A DNA stretch of 64,000 nucleotides from contig CAVUXE010000009.1 in NCBI GenBank assembly GCA_963745235.1, forward strand, positions 1 through 64,000, read 5' to 3'. This DNA is from an uncultured Spirochaetota bacterium (GTDB lineage: Bacteria > Spirochaetota > Spirochaetia > SZUA-6 > Fen-1364). Of the stretch, positions 51,664 to 64,000 are shown piece by piece. The position numbers and the translations under genes were made by a program. The notes under the pieces are model-generated. The model worked only from the letters and a program-made list of their open reading frames with translations, was not told where the DNA came from and searched no databases. The number at the start of each line of letters is the position of its first letter. Position 1 is the first letter of the stretch.

Positions 51664-52356
51664 CTACTCCGATCTCACATCCCCGCGCCAGATGACGCGG
51701 ATTCTCTTGTACAGCCCGTCACCCTCGCTGATGGTCTCGATATCCCCGTAGCGGGCAAGGGAGGTATGGATGAGGCGGCGCTCAAAGGGATTGAGCGGCT
51801 CCAGGAGCTGGGAGTCGCGCCCCCTGCGGACCTGCTCCGCCACCTGGTTCGCCATCCTGATGAGGCTGCGCTCCCTGCGGTTGCGGTAATCCTGCGTGTC
51901 CAGGACGACGCGGGTCGAGTCCCCTCCCATGCGGCCCGCCGCAAGGTTGACGATGAACTGCAGGGCCTCCAGGGTCTTCCCCTGCTTGCCGATAAGGATC
52001 CCCGAGCCGTCACTCTCGATATCCAGGCCCAGCCGCCTGTCCTCGCGGAAGCTCACGGTGATCTTTGCGGGGAACCCCATGCGGGAGAGAAGCCCCCGGG
52101 TGTACTCGGTGATCTTCTCCTCGAACTCACCCTGCGCAATGGGCGGGCCGTCCCGACCGGGCTCCCCGTCCTCCTGGCCGTCAAGCTCCTCGCTCATGTG
52201 AACGCGGATCTTCACCTTGCCGCCGCGGAAGAGGATGCCCGGGCGCTTGGCCTCCACGATCTCGAAATCGATCTCGTTCCTGTCGAGGCCGAGCTCTTCG
52301 ATGGCTCTGTCGATGGCCTCTTTCTCGTTCTTGCCTTCGAACTCCTTCACTACCAT
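51664..52356 (-). CDS. jag: RNA-binding protein Jag/EloR/KhpB
   Basis: Jag_N domain, KH (LIGKQGKTLEALQ), R3H (ERRLIH). Confidence 0.95.
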   Translation of the reverse strand: MVVKEFEGKNEKEAIDRAIEELGLDRNEIDFEIVEAKRPGILFRGGKVKIRVHMSEELDGQEDGEPGRDGPPIAQGEFEEKITEYTRGLLSRMGFPAKITVSFREDRRLGLDIESDGSGILIGKQGKTLEALQFIVNLAAGRMGGDSTRVVLDTQDYRNRRERSLIRMANQVAEQVRRGRDSQLLEPLNPFERRLIHTSLARYGDIETISEGDGLYKRIRVIWRGDVRSE

Positions 52357-52375
52357 GGCAGTCTCCTTCGCAATC

Positions 52376-54268
52376 TCACCTCTTCACCTTCATGCCAGGC
52401 TTGGAGCCGGATTTGAAAACGACAGGCGTCGCGGCTGCTGCCAGCTCATCCCGCTTCTTTTTCAAAGAGTTGATGTAGAGCTGCTGGAAGATGGACAGGA
52501 TGTTCTGGACGGTCCAGTAGAGCACGAGCCCGGACGGCATATCGTAGAGGATGAAAAGGAAAACAATCGGAAGCGCGTACGTCATCAGCTTCATCTGGGC
52601 GCCGGCCTGCGACTGGTCAGCGGGCTGGGTGAACTTGCCCTGGAGGAGCTGGCTCCCCACCATGAGGAGGGGCAGCGCGCGCAGCGCGGTCCACCCCAGG
52701 AGCGGGATGGCGAACGGGAAGTTCACAATCGCTTCCGGCACGGACAGGTCCGGGATCCAGCCCGGTATGAACATGGCGCCGCGAAGCTCGAAATAGCTGT
52801 TCAGGAGGTTGTACAGCGCGAAGAACACGGGGATCTGCAGCAGGAGCGGCAGACACCCCGACAGCGGATTTATCTTTTCCCTCCGGTAGAGCTCCGCGAT
52901 CTCCTGGTTCATCTTCTCAGGCTTGGCCTTCAGGCGGGTTCGGATTTCCTGGATCTTCGGGTTCAGCGCGGCCATCTTGGCGGTTGACTCCGAGCTCTTG
53001 AACGTCAGGGGGAGGAAGACGACCTTGATCAGGATCGTCAACAGGATGATGGCAATGCCGTAGTTCGGGATGATGAGGTAGAAGAAGTCGAGCAGGTACT
53101 TCAGCAGCTGGGCGAGCCACCCGATCAGGATGGAAGAGGTCACGATCTCGTCCGCATGGAGATCCGCTATTCTGAAGGCGTTCTTGTCCGCCTCGTTGTA
53201 CCTGGCCAGGATCTCCTTCTTCATGGGCCCCATGTAGAAGTAGTACTTGTCGCTGCTGGCGGCGCTTTTCAGGATGGGGCGCTCGAAGCTGATGACCGAG
53301 CGATCGTAGCCCTCGATGAGCTTGCGCGAGTCGAAAACGAGGTGGCTCACCGACCCGTCCGGCACGGCAATGGCGGTGAAGTACTTGCCCTCGACCCCCG
53401 CCCAGGTCACCGATTTGTCCACTTCCTTGAGCTGGCCCATTCCAACCCCGGGGTCCTGCCGCTTCCCGTCGGACCAGTAGGCATACTTGCGGAAGTCGTT
53501 GCGTCCGTCGAGCTTTATGTAGTGCGGGCCGATCTGCGGGCCCATGGTCAGCGTGTACGCATACCCCCCGAAGTTGAGGGCGGGAAAATCGTTGACGCTG
53601 TTTTCGATGGTGATCTGCAGCTGGAACAGGTACTCGTCCTTGTAGAACATGTACGTCTTGTGCAGCGTAAAAGGCACGCCCGTCGGAGAATAGAAAGTCC
53701 GCGTGAAATCGAAGGTCTGTTTGCCGGAATCCGTTGACTCATGGAGCGCGAACGGGACGATGAGCTGGTCCGCCTTGTAGTCTCCGAACGCCAGAGAAAA
53801 GGGCAGCTCGCCCGGGGTCGCCGTCTTTGGCATGAGCAGCATTTCCACTGGAGACCCATCGATGTTCTTGTACTTGCGCAGCTTCACGGAGGACAGCGTG
53901 CCGCCCGCGGTTTCGAAGGTCAGGCGGTACAGGTCCGTGTCCCTCTGGATGCTCGGCCCCTGCGAGATGGGCGGCGCGGAATCAGCCGTCTCGACTGCCT
54001 TCCCCGTGGCAATGGCGGTGGCCGCCCCGGGCGCTGCAACCGGCTTGCCGGCGGCCTGGGCCTGCTGCGCGACGGCGGGAGCCGCCTGCTGTGTCGACTG
54101 GGCCTGCGCCGCTGGCTGTGCCTGCTGGCCCTGCTGCTGGGCAGCAGCGGGCTTCTGGGCGGTCTGCTGCACGGCAGGCTTGGGAGGTGCCAGGACAGAC
54201 TGCAGGATCATACCGCCAACGATGATCACGACCGAGATCACGACTGCCAGGAGAGTTTTCCTATCCAT
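52376..54268 (-). CDS. yidC: Membrane protein insertase YidC
   Basis: NYGIAIILLT, NPLSGCLPLLLQIPVF, WIPDLS, PSGLVLYW. Confidence 0.97.
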   Translation of the reverse strand: MDRKTLLAVVISVVIIVGGMILQSVLAPPKPAVQQTAQKPAAAQQQGQQAQPAAQAQSTQQAAPAVAQQAQAAGKPVAAPGAATAIATGKAVETADSAPPISQGPSIQRDTDLYRLTFETAGGTLSSVKLRKYKNIDGSPVEMLLMPKTATPGELPFSLAFGDYKADQLIVPFALHESTDSGKQTFDFTRTFYSPTGVPFTLHKTYMFYKDEYLFQLQITIENSVNDFPALNFGGYAYTLTMGPQIGPHYIKLDGRNDFRKYAYWSDGKRQDPGVGMGQLKEVDKSVTWAGVEGKYFTAIAVPDGSVSHLVFDSRKLIEGYDRSVISFERPILKSAASSDKYYFYMGPMKKEILARYNEADKNAFRIADLHADEIVTSSILIGWLAQLLKYLLDFFYLIIPNYGIAIILLTILIKVVFLPLTFKSSESTAKMAALNPKIQEIRTRLKAKPEKMNQEIAELYRREKINPLSGCLPLLLQIPVFFALYNLLNSYFELRGAMFIPGWIPDLSVPEAIVNFPFAIPLLGWTALRALPLLMVGSQLLQGKFTQPADQSQAGAQMKLMTYALPIVFLFILYDMPSGLVLYWTVQNILSIFQQLYINSLKKKRDELAAAATPVVFKSGSKPGMKVKR

Positions 54269-54287
54269 GCTTCCTTATTTCCTTCTC

Positions 54288-54521
54288 TTAGGGGACGGGA
54301 TCATACCCGCCGGCGTGAAAGGGATGGCACCTGAGTATTCGCCTGGCCCCCATATATGATCCCTTGATCACTCCATATTTCAGGATTGCTTCCTTCGTGT
54401 ACTGCGAGCAGGAAGGCACGTAGCGACAGGTGGAAGGAAACAGGGGGGAAATGAGATACTGGTAGCCGCTGATGAGGGCAGTGGCGACCCACTTCCCGAT
54501 TCTGCTAATCTGCATTGGCAT
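54288..54521 (-). CDS. yidD: Membrane protein insertion efficiency factor
   Basis: YQYLISP..CRY.PSCSQY...[14 protein letters not shown]. Confidence 0.95.
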   Translation of the reverse strand: MPMQISRIGKWVATALISGYQYLISPLFPSTCRYVPSCSQYTKEAILKYGVIKGSYMGARRILRCHPFHAGGYDPVP

Positions 54522-54855
54522 GAAATCCGGCGCGTCTGAGCAACTGCTCCATCAGAAGGCGCCTTTCTGCAAAAGAAGACCCGAACCGACCGACAAGGAA
54601 GACGAGGTCATGCCCCGGCGCGATTCGTTCCTTGAGCAGGCGGTAAGCTTCGCGCGTGATCCTTTTCTCCCTGTTTCTCCTGACCGCGCCATCGCATCCC
54701 CGGGCAACCACCACGGCAAACCGGTTGGTCGCGGAGCCGTTGCGATCATGCAGGAGCTTCAAGCCGCCAGCGTCTATCCTTCTCCCCGTCCTGAAAAGCC
54801 TTTTGATGTCTTTGCCGGCGCGGAGTCGTTCGTCCCTAGTAAGGCTTCTTCTCAT
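54505..54855 (-). CDS. rnpA: Ribonuclease P protein component
   Basis: [20 protein letters not shown] motif. Confidence 0.9.
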   Translation of the reverse strand: MRRSLTRDERLRAGKDIKRLFRTGRRIDAGGLKLLHDRNGSATNRFAVVVARGCDGAVRRNREKRITREAYRLLKERIAPGHDLVFLVGRFGSSFAERRLLMEQLLRRAGFHANAD

Positions 54856-54991
54856 CTGAGGCGGTGAGCTTGATGCGCCCTTTTGCGCGCCGGCGCTTCA
54901 GCACGAGCCGCCCGCCCTTGGTGGCCATGCGCGCGCGAAAACCGAACTTTCTGGTTCTCTTGGTCTTGCTGGGCTGGTAGGTCCGTTTCAT
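54836..54991 (-). CDS. rpmH: 50S ribosomal protein L34 (absent from ORF track)
   Basis: Manual translation [51 protein letters not shown]; AAGGAG RBS. Confidence 0.98.
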   Translation of the reverse strand: MKRTYQPSKTKRTRKFGFRARMATKGGRLVLKRRRAKGRIKLTASDEKKPY

Positions 54992-55052
54992 ACGACGAAT
55001 GCTCCTTGAATAACCTGACGACCAGGGGGCTTTTCACGGGTATATCCCGATG

Positions 55053-55081
55053 AATATAGGACTTACACCCTTCCGTGTCAA
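55053..55081 (-). promoter_or_regulatory. sigma70 promoter of the rpmH operon
   Basis: TTGACA-N17-TATATT on the minus strand. Confidence 0.75.
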
Positions 55082-55130
55082 TGGACGGCAGGCGTGCCGG
55101 AGGTCTCAAGGGGCTCATTCTGTGGTCATT

Positions 55131-55424
55131 TCACGGCTCCGGCGCGCTCAGGACCAACCTGACCCCCACGATCCGGGCATCCGGAGCGGCTTCTCGCGCA
55201 GCCGAAAGAATGGCTTCCTGCCGCATTCGCGCCATCTGGAGCCAGCCCGGGTGATCGGCTTCCACCACCAGGACTCCTTCACGGACGTCGCGCAGGCGCG
55301 TGTGGGCTGCAAGTGTGCTCCCCGCCACCTGGCTCCAGCCGGAGAAAAGAGGGGCATAGGGGTTTCCGGTCAACCATCCCCGCTCACGCAGGTACTCCCT
55401 GAGGATGTCCCCCACTTTCTTCAT
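55131..55424 (-). CDS. dciA: DciA/DUF721 family protein
   Basis: W..VAG..LA.HT......GVLVVEADHPGW; follows recF. Confidence 0.85.
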   Translation of the reverse strand: MKKVGDILREYLRERGWLTGNPYAPLFSGWSQVAGSTLAAHTRLRDVREGVLVVEADHPGWLQMARMRQEAILSAAREAAPDARIVGVRLVLSAPEP

Positions 55425-56503
55425 CGGTGGAACTCCCCACCCTGCACCTTCAGGACCAGGGTGTCCGGGGTGGCGTAGGAAGGGTATGCCTCGTCGGGAA
55501 GAAAAGTAAAAATCGCCTGCTCGTAGGTCGGGAAGCGGGCAACGAACGCTTTCTTCTTCTCCTGGTCGAGCTCCAGAAGCACGTCATCCAGGAGGAGCAC
55601 AGGCAGGCGGCCGCTCTGCTTCGTGAGAAACCGTGATTGCGCAATCCGGAGAGCCAGGGCACAGAGGCGAAGCTGGCCCGTGGAACCAAAGTGAGAGTAG
55701 TCTCTTCCCCCGAGAAGATAGGAGAAGACGTCCCTGTGCGGACCGCTGGATGTCGCTCCCAGGGCCAGGTCTCTTCCCCGGGCTGCGGCAAGGTGGGCCA
55801 CAACATCCTCTTTCCCACGAAGCTGCTGCCACGAGGGGATGTAGCGTATCTCGACTGCCTGGTCCTCCCCGGTAATCTCCCGGAAGAGCGGACAGAATAC
55901 CTCGTTGAACCCGCGCACCAGTGCTTCCCTCCTCTGCTGGAGTGCAAGCCCGAACTCAGCCAGTTGCCCGTCATAGGTGTCCAGGATGTCGCTCTGTCTG
56001 CTTTTCAGGCAGAAGTTGCGGGCGTGGAGGACCTGGCGATATCCGCGCAGTGAATCGAGAAAAGAGAAGTCGAAGAAGGCGAGGGTCTGATCGAAAAACC
56101 GGCGCCTCTCCTCGGGCGCTCCAACGATGAAGTCCATGTCCTGCTGGGCAAAACAGATGCACAGCACGCCGGCAAGGAGATCGCGTCTGTCGGAGATCTG
56201 CTTGTCGTTGACCCGCAGCTCCTTCTTCCTTCCCGGAGAGGAGAGGAAGCCAAAGGTGCTCTCCCCGGTTTCACGGGATGAATAGCGTCCGTGGAGTCCC
56301 ATTGGGATATCGGGGTTTCGCAGGAAGGCTGCCTCGCGTTTTTCCCGAAACGATGACCCCAGGCAAAGCAGGTGTACCGCCTCGATAAGGTTGGTCTTTC
56401 CCTGCCCGTTTTCTCCCACCAGGAAGATCTCCCGGGCGCCAAGGTCAACCTCTCCGTCCCTCAGGTTCCTGAAATTGAAAAGCCGAAGCTTCTCAAACCC
56501 CAT
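55421..56503 (-). CDS. recF: DNA replication/repair protein RecF
   Basis: NFRN, GENGQGKTNLIEA, G.PEERRRFFD, GPHRD, GSTGQ, LLLDDV..ELD. Confidence 0.96.
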   Translation of the reverse strand: MGFEKLRLFNFRNLRDGEVDLGAREIFLVGENGQGKTNLIEAVHLLCLGSSFREKREAAFLRNPDIPMGLHGRYSSRETGESTFGFLSSPGRKKELRVNDKQISDRRDLLAGVLCICFAQQDMDFIVGAPEERRRFFDQTLAFFDFSFLDSLRGYRQVLHARNFCLKSRQSDILDTYDGQLAEFGLALQQRREALVRGFNEVFCPLFREITGEDQAVEIRYIPSWQQLRGKEDVVAHLAAARGRDLALGATSSGPHRDVFSYLLGGRDYSHFGSTGQLRLCALALRIAQSRFLTKQSGRLPVLLLDDVLLELDQEKKKAFVARFPTYEQAIFTFLPDEAYPSYATPDTLVLKVQGGEFHR

Positions 56504-56530
56504 CTCTGCCCGTCTTTGTCCTTCCGCTGA

Positions 56531-57641
56531 TCAGTCCAGCTGCATGGGCATGATGATATTCAGGTAGCCGTCGTCCGGGCAGCGGTTTCAACGTGATGGC
56601 CTTGTTGATGTCGCTGAACTCGATGGTGACTTTCTCACAGGCGAGCTCGCGAAGCGGTTCCATCATGTAGAGGCAGTTGACCGCCAGGGACATCTCGGGT
56701 CCCTCGTAGTCGCAGGGAAGCTCTTCGGAGGCAATCCCCAGCTCACTTTCCTTGGAGAGGATGGTGAGAGTCCCCGCTGCAAGGGAGAAGACGACCTTGC
56801 GGGACTTCTGCTCGACAAGGAGGGAAACGCGGCGCAGCGCGTCTTCCAGGGCGCGCCGCTCTACGATGGCACGATACTTCTGGGCATCCGGGATGACGCG
56901 GCGATAGTCCGGGAACTGTCCGTCGATGAGGTTGGAGGAAAGGTTTGTCGCTCCGAGGCGGATGAAGACGTTCTTGTCCGTCAGAGCGAGGGAGAGAGTC
57001 CCTTCCCCTGAGGAAAGCTTGCGCACGATCGTGAGGATTTTCGGCGGAAGAATGATGCCTTTCAGGTTTTCCATGCGAACGGGGATCTTGCGGGATATGT
57101 AGGCGAGCCGGCGACCGTCCGTGGCGACCATGACGAGATTGTCGTCCCGCTTTTCCAGGAAGATCCCGTTCATGAAGTAGCGGGTCTCGTCATCGGAAAC
57201 AGCAAACACGGTCTTGGAGACCATGTCGATGAAGTCCTTCTGCGGGAAATCGAAGTACATGCTGTCCGAGGCGCGCGCAAGCTCGGGATACTTGTCAGAG
57301 GGGATGCACCTCAGCTGAAAGTCTATCTTTCGAGACGTGGGCTTGATGCGAAGCATGGTCGCGTCCACCTGCTCGAGCTCCACTTCGCCCTCCGGCAGGG
57401 ACCGCAGGATGCCCTGCAGCTTGTCGCAGAATGCCGTGGTGGTTCCTTCCTGGATCGTCTCCACGGGAAGGGATGTCTCGAATCCAACCTTCAGGTCGGT
57501 TGCCTGCAAAGTAAGCTCGCCCTTGGTCACCGTGAGAAGCACGTTGGAAAGAACCGAAAGGGAGTTCTTCGAGGAGATGACCTCCTGGGCGACCGAGATC
57601 TCCTTGAGAATATCATCCCGAGAGCAGGTGAACTTCATCAT
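56531..57641 (-). CDS. dnaN: DNA polymerase III beta clamp (frameshift near 56577; true end ...IIMPMQLD)
   Basis: LSNVLL, ATDL, SDDETRYFMNG, VATDGRRL, LIDGQFPDY; IMPM C-terminus in an alternate frame. Confidence 0.96.
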
Positions 57642-57654
57642 CTCCTCCTTCTCT

Positions 57655-57910
57655 TATCTCTTATAAAGTAAGATTAAGAAAGACGGTAGTACCGGTGAGC
57701 ACGGTGAATATGTGGATAGAGCCCTTATCTGCCTGAGCACGAAGGAGATAGGCCGTGGAACAACCCTGCATCCTTGTGCACAGACCGTCCACATGTGTCT
57801 CCCCCGGCGGCATTCGACCGGCATTTCGCACAATCCGGGACTTTCTGTCAACAGAGTAACGCACAGGGGAAAACGACCGGCTGCCTGTGCTGTCCACAGG
57901 ACGTCCACAG
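57655..57910. other. oriC sub-region between dnaA and dnaN (DnaA boxes, trio-like array, AT-rich element)
   Basis: TGTGGATAG 57711-57719; TTGTGCACA 57774, CCGTCCACA 57785, CTGTCCACA 57890, ACGTCCACA 57901; AT-rich 57655-57682. Confidence 0.75.
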
Positions 57911-58051
57911 GCTGACAGACGAATACGAGGTCGTTTTCTACACCCGGCGCGGCTTCGACCGCGTTCGCGCGGAACGCGTACTCGCGTACATCCCTGGCTA
58001 CGGGCTCGCTCATCAGCCATCCCTGGCCTCGCTCGCCCTCGCCATCCCTGT

Positions 58052-59419
58052 CTAGGCATTGTTTTCCTTGATTTTCTTCACGAGAGCCTGGACGGTGGGC
58101 GCCAGATTCGGATCCAGCTTCATCCTGTCCTCGATTTTCTGGCATGCATGCATGACCGTGGTGTGATCCCGTCCACCGAACTCCGCGCCAACCTCCGTCG
58201 TGGAGTACTCGGTGAGCTCACGGGAGAGATACATGGCTACCTGGCGGGGAAAAGCAACCGCCTTGGTCCTTCTCTTGCCGCGAAGATCCTTGTAGGAGAG
58301 CCCGAAATAGTCTCCGACGATCTTCTGGATCAGCTCGATGGTGATGTTCTTCTGGCTGGGCTGGGCAAAAAAATCCTTGAGCTGCTGGCGCGATATCTCG
58401 AGTGTTATGTCCTTGCTGACGAGCTCCGCATAGGCGATGAGCTTGGTGAGCGCTTTTTCCAGATCCCGCACGTTCGTGTTGACGTTGCGGCAGATGAGCT
58501 CCACGACCTCGTCTGGGATCTTCACCTTCTTCTCCTCGATCTTTCGATTGAGGATTGCCATTCGAGTCTCATAGTTGGGGGGCTGGAGGTCCACGTTGAG
58601 CCCCCTCTCGAACCTGCTTCGCAGTCGATCCGAGAGGCTGCGAATCTCAGAGACCGGGCGGTCCGAGGTGAAGACCATCTGCTTGTTTGCGTCGTAGAGG
58701 GCGTTGAAGGTGTGGAAGAGCTCCTCCTGCGTGCCTTCTTTGCCTTCCAGGAAATGAACATCGTCGATCAGGAGCACGTCCACCGAACGATACTTGTTCT
58801 TGAACTGGTGGCCGGTTTTTTTCTGGATGGAAAGGATGAACTCGTTGGCAAAGGTCTCCACGGTGACGTATGCCACCTTGAGATCCGGAAACTCTCGATA
58901 GACCGAGTTGCCGATGGCCTGGACCAGGTGAGTCTTTCCCAGGCCGACCCCCCCGTAGATCAGGCAGGGGTTGTAGCCGGTTCCGGGGTTGCGGGCAATG
59001 GCCAGCGCGGCGTTTGCCGCGAACGAGTTTGACTCCCCAATGATAAACCGCTCGAAAGTGTATTCCTTGTTCAGGTTGGGGTGTTGGCGCTTTCGGGCGG
59101 CCCCTTCGTCCTGTTTCTGCCCTCGCGGCGGCTCCTCATGGGAGCCTCGTCCTGAGGTTTTCTTCTGGACGGAGAGCTTGACTGTCAGTTTCTGGCCCGC
59201 CAGCTCCTCGAGTTTTTCCTCGATACGGGCCAGGTATCGCTGTGTCAGCTGGTCCTTGATGAACGATGATGGAACGGAAACCAGTACCTGAGAGTCCCCG
59301 CTGCCAACTAATTCGATGCCACGGAACCACGTAGAGTATTCCTGCTCGGGAAGGTCCTCCGAGATGTCGCGGATGGCCTCCTTCCAGAAGGCCTCGTAGC
59401 TCCTCTTACCCGCCTCCAT
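58052..59419 (-). CDS. dnaA: Chromosomal replication initiator DnaA
   Basis: YTFERF, YNP.LIYGGVGLGKTHL, LLIDDVHF, QEELFHTFN, RSRFERGL, PRQVAMYL, GGRDHTTV. Confidence 0.99.
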   Translation of the reverse strand: MEAGKRSYEAFWKEAIRDISEDLPEQEYSTWFRGIELVGSGDSQVLVSVPSSFIKDQLTQRYLARIEEKLEELAGQKLTVKLSVQKKTSGRGSHEEPPRGQKQDEGAARKRQHPNLNKEYTFERFIIGESNSFAANAALAIARNPGTGYNPCLIYGGVGLGKTHLVQAIGNSVYREFPDLKVAYVTVETFANEFILSIQKKTGHQFKNKYRSVDVLLIDDVHFLEGKEGTQEELFHTFNALYDANKQMVFTSDRPVSEIRSLSDRLRSRFERGLNVDLQPPNYETRMAILNRKIEEKKVKIPDEVVELICRNVNTNVRDLEKALTKLIAYAELVSKDITLEISRQQLKDFFAQPSQKNITIELIQKIVGDYFGLSYKDLRGKRRTKAVAFPRQVAMYLSRELTEYSTTEVGAEFGGRDHTTVMHACQKIEDRMKLDPNLAPTVQALVKKIKENNA

Positions 59420-59439
59420 GGGATTGTCCCCTTCTTATT

Positions 59440-59690
59440 GCCAGTTTATGCACAGGTTGTGCACAATCCGGAGAGCTTTGAAAGATTGGGAAAAACGGGA
59501 AAAAAGCCTGGAGGCAGGCTGCCGACGGCCACTTGTCGGAGGGTACGGTTTGTAAATATATTCAAGATAACCAAATGCAGAACACGCAAGCGAGAATATG
59601 TTACAATCTGTATCAATAAGCGTGCTGGAAGTGGAGCTCCTGATGCCTGTCAGATATTTCATACACTATCCACAGATTATTCACACGGCC
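59440..59690. other. oriC sub-region upstream of dnaA (DnaA boxes)
   Basis: TTATGCACA 59446, TTGTGCACA 59457, CTATCCACA 59666, TTATTCACA 59677; AT-richer intergenic DNA. Confidence 0.8.
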
Positions 59691-59779
59691 TTTCGAGCCG
59701 CAGTGTATCCCATCGCCATGAATCCGGGCAAGGGCATTCGATCTTCCGAAGAGCACATTCTCAGGCCTGGTCGTGTTGA

Positions 59780-61738
<1,959 letters not shown>

Positions 61739-61750
61739 GGGCAACACAAG

Positions 61751-64000
61751 ATGTCAGACTCCAGATCCCGAACCATTCCCCTTCCCATCGAGGAAGAGGT
61801 CAGGACCTCGTATCTCAACTACGCGATGTCCGTCATCGTCGCCCGCGCGCTCCCCGATGTGCGGGACGGTCTGAAGCCCGTGCACCGCAGGATCCTTTTC
61901 GGGATGAACGAGATGGGCCTGCGCTCCGACCGGCCCTACAAGAAGTGCGCCCGCATCACGGGGGACGTCCTGGGGAAGTACCATCCCCACGGTGACATGG
62001 CCATCTATGACTCCCTGGTGCGGCTTGCCCAGGACTTCAACATGCGCTACCCGGTGATCGACGGGCAGGGCAATTTCGGCTCCGTTGACGGGGACCCTCC
62101 CGCGGCGGTCAGGTACACCGAGGCCAGGATGAACCCGGTCGCGGAGGAGATGCTCCGTGATATCGACAAGGATACGGTAGAGTTCGGTCCCACCTATGAC
62201 GGCTCCCAGACCGAGCCCCTCGTTCTGCCCGGCGCCTTTCCTTTCCTGGCTGCAAACGGCGCCAGCGGAATCGCGGTTGGCATGGCCACCAACATCCCGC
62301 CCCAGAACCTCCGTGAGATCTGTGCCGCAATCGTCACGCTGATCGATTCCCCGGATACCTCCCACGAGGATCTGATGAAGATCGTGCGGGGACCCGACTT
62401 CCCCACCGGCGGGATCATCCTTGGCCGCAAGGGCATAAGGGATGCGTATACCACCGGCAGGGGCAAGATCATCGTCAGGGCCAAGGTTGCCGTGGAGAGC
62501 TCAAGCTCCGGCAAGGACTCCATCATCATCACCGAGATCCCCTACCAGGTGAACAAGTCGAATCTCATCGTACGCATTGCTGACCTCGTGAAAGAGAAGA
62601 AGATAGACGGGATCGTTGATCTGAACGATGAATCAGACAGGCACGGGATGAGGATCGTCATCGACCTGCGGAAGGGCGTTTCACCGAAGGTGATTCTCAA
62701 CCAGCTCTTTGCGCACACCCAGATGCAGATTGCCTTTGGCGTGATCAATCTCGCCCTGGTGAAGGGGCTTCCCAAGACCCTGACCCTGAAGGAAATCCTC
62801 CAGCACTTCATCGCTCACCGAAAAGAGGTGGTGACCCGCAGGACCCGTTATGACCTGGCAAAGGCGGAGGAGCGTGCGCATATCCTCCAGGGACTGCGGA
62901 TAGCCCTGGAGAACATCGACGAAGTGATCGCGATAATCAAGAAGTCCGAGGATGCAGCCACCGCGCGGACCAGCCTCATGAGCACGTTCTCCCTCAGCGA
63001 GCGGCAGGCACAGGCCATCCTGGATATGCGCTTGCAGCGCCTCACCAGCCTCGAGGTGCAGAAGGTAATCGATGAGCTCGCCGAAGTCCTTGCCCTCATA
63101 GAGACTCTCAAGGCCCTGCTTGCAAGCGAGCAGAAGATCTATGGCGTTGTAAAAGAAGAGACAGAGGATATCTCGAAGAGATTCGGTGATGACAGGCGCA
63201 CGGAGATCATCGAGGAGGAAGCTGAGGAGATCAACGTCGAGGACCTGATTGCTGAAGAGGACATGGCAATCCTCATCTCCAATCGAGGGTACATAAAGCG
63301 CATTCCCGTGACTGCATACCGCAGGCAGGGCAGGGGGGGAAAGGTTCCTCGTCGGCCTTGCTGAAGGAGGATGATTTCATAGAGCAGTTCTTTGTCGCCT
63401 CCACGCATGACTATGTGCTTTTCATCACCAATCAGGGCAAGGCCTACTGGGTCAAAGTCCACGAAATCCCTGAGAGCAGCCGGCAGGCCAAGGGCCAGAG
63501 CATCAAGGTCCTTCTCTCCCTGAGCAGCGAGGAGGAGATCACTGCCGTGGTCAGCCTTCGCAACTTCACGGATGAGAAGTTCGTTCTCATGGCGACCCGG
63601 CAGGGGGTAGTCAAGAAAGTGAAGATCTCGGAGTTTGCCAACGCAAAGACGCGGGGCATTGTCGCCATCAAGCTGGATCAGGGAGACGGCCTCGTGACAG
63701 CGCTCCTGACATCCGGCTCTGACGAGGCTGTGCTGGTTACCCGCAAAGGGATTGCCCTGCGGTTCCATGAGGAAGCTGTTCGAGCAATGGGACGGGCGTC
63801 ACATGGCGTCCAGGGCATCAAGCTCTCGCAAAAGGACGAGCTGGCCGGGGTTGCAATGGTCAACCAGGGTGAGCAGATGCTCCTGGTGAGTGAGTTCGGC
63901 TTCGGCAAGAGAACCGCGTATGACAACTTTTCTCCTCACGGACGGGGGACCAGGGGACAGATCTGCTACAAAGCCACGGAGAAGACGGGAGAAGTGATCG
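61751..64000 (+). CDS. gyrA: DNA gyrase subunit A (frameshift near 63342; runs off the window end)
   Basis: RALPDVRDGLKPVHRR, HPHGD, AAVRYTE, GIAVGMAT; GyrA-box QGRGGKG broken by an indel; C-terminal domain continues in another frame. Confidence 0.97.

Overview
High-GC bacterial chromosome segment, most likely a free-living spirochaete: the GAPDH is of the spirochaete type, the lipoboxes are spirochaetal, and it carries an rpoN-hpf-hprK-ptsH block and tRNA-Ala(CGC). Bases 1-~6380 are the visibly lower-GC right end of an integrative element abutting the 3' end of tRNA-Leu(CAG). It carries small orphan ORFs, a DnaQ/DEDDh-like protein whose catalytic residues are all substituted, an intact tyrosine integrase with a repeat-rich leader, an excisionase-like HTH gene and a separately promoted TIR/SEFIR protein with an unrecognised C-terminal domain (candidate anti-phage system). 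The rest is largely core genome: ymdB, menA, pyrG-lptCAB-rpoN-hpf-hprK-ptsH-ntrYX-like-lexA-holA, uvrC, a LamG/FN3-TPR-HDOD-MBL cluster, lon, tRNA-Ala-pncB-dcd-neuB-like, EIIA, gap, a sulfur cluster, a MinD-like gene with apbE, purA and an ECF sigma operon. It ends in the oriC region (jag-yidC-yidD-rnpA-rpmH-dciA-recF-dnaN-dnaA / gyrB-gyrA), where the dnaA-dciA block is inverted relative to the canonical order. Many genes, including essential ones, carry single-base frameshifts that look like sequencing or assembly errors. All calls come from motif recognition by eye; no database searches were run.
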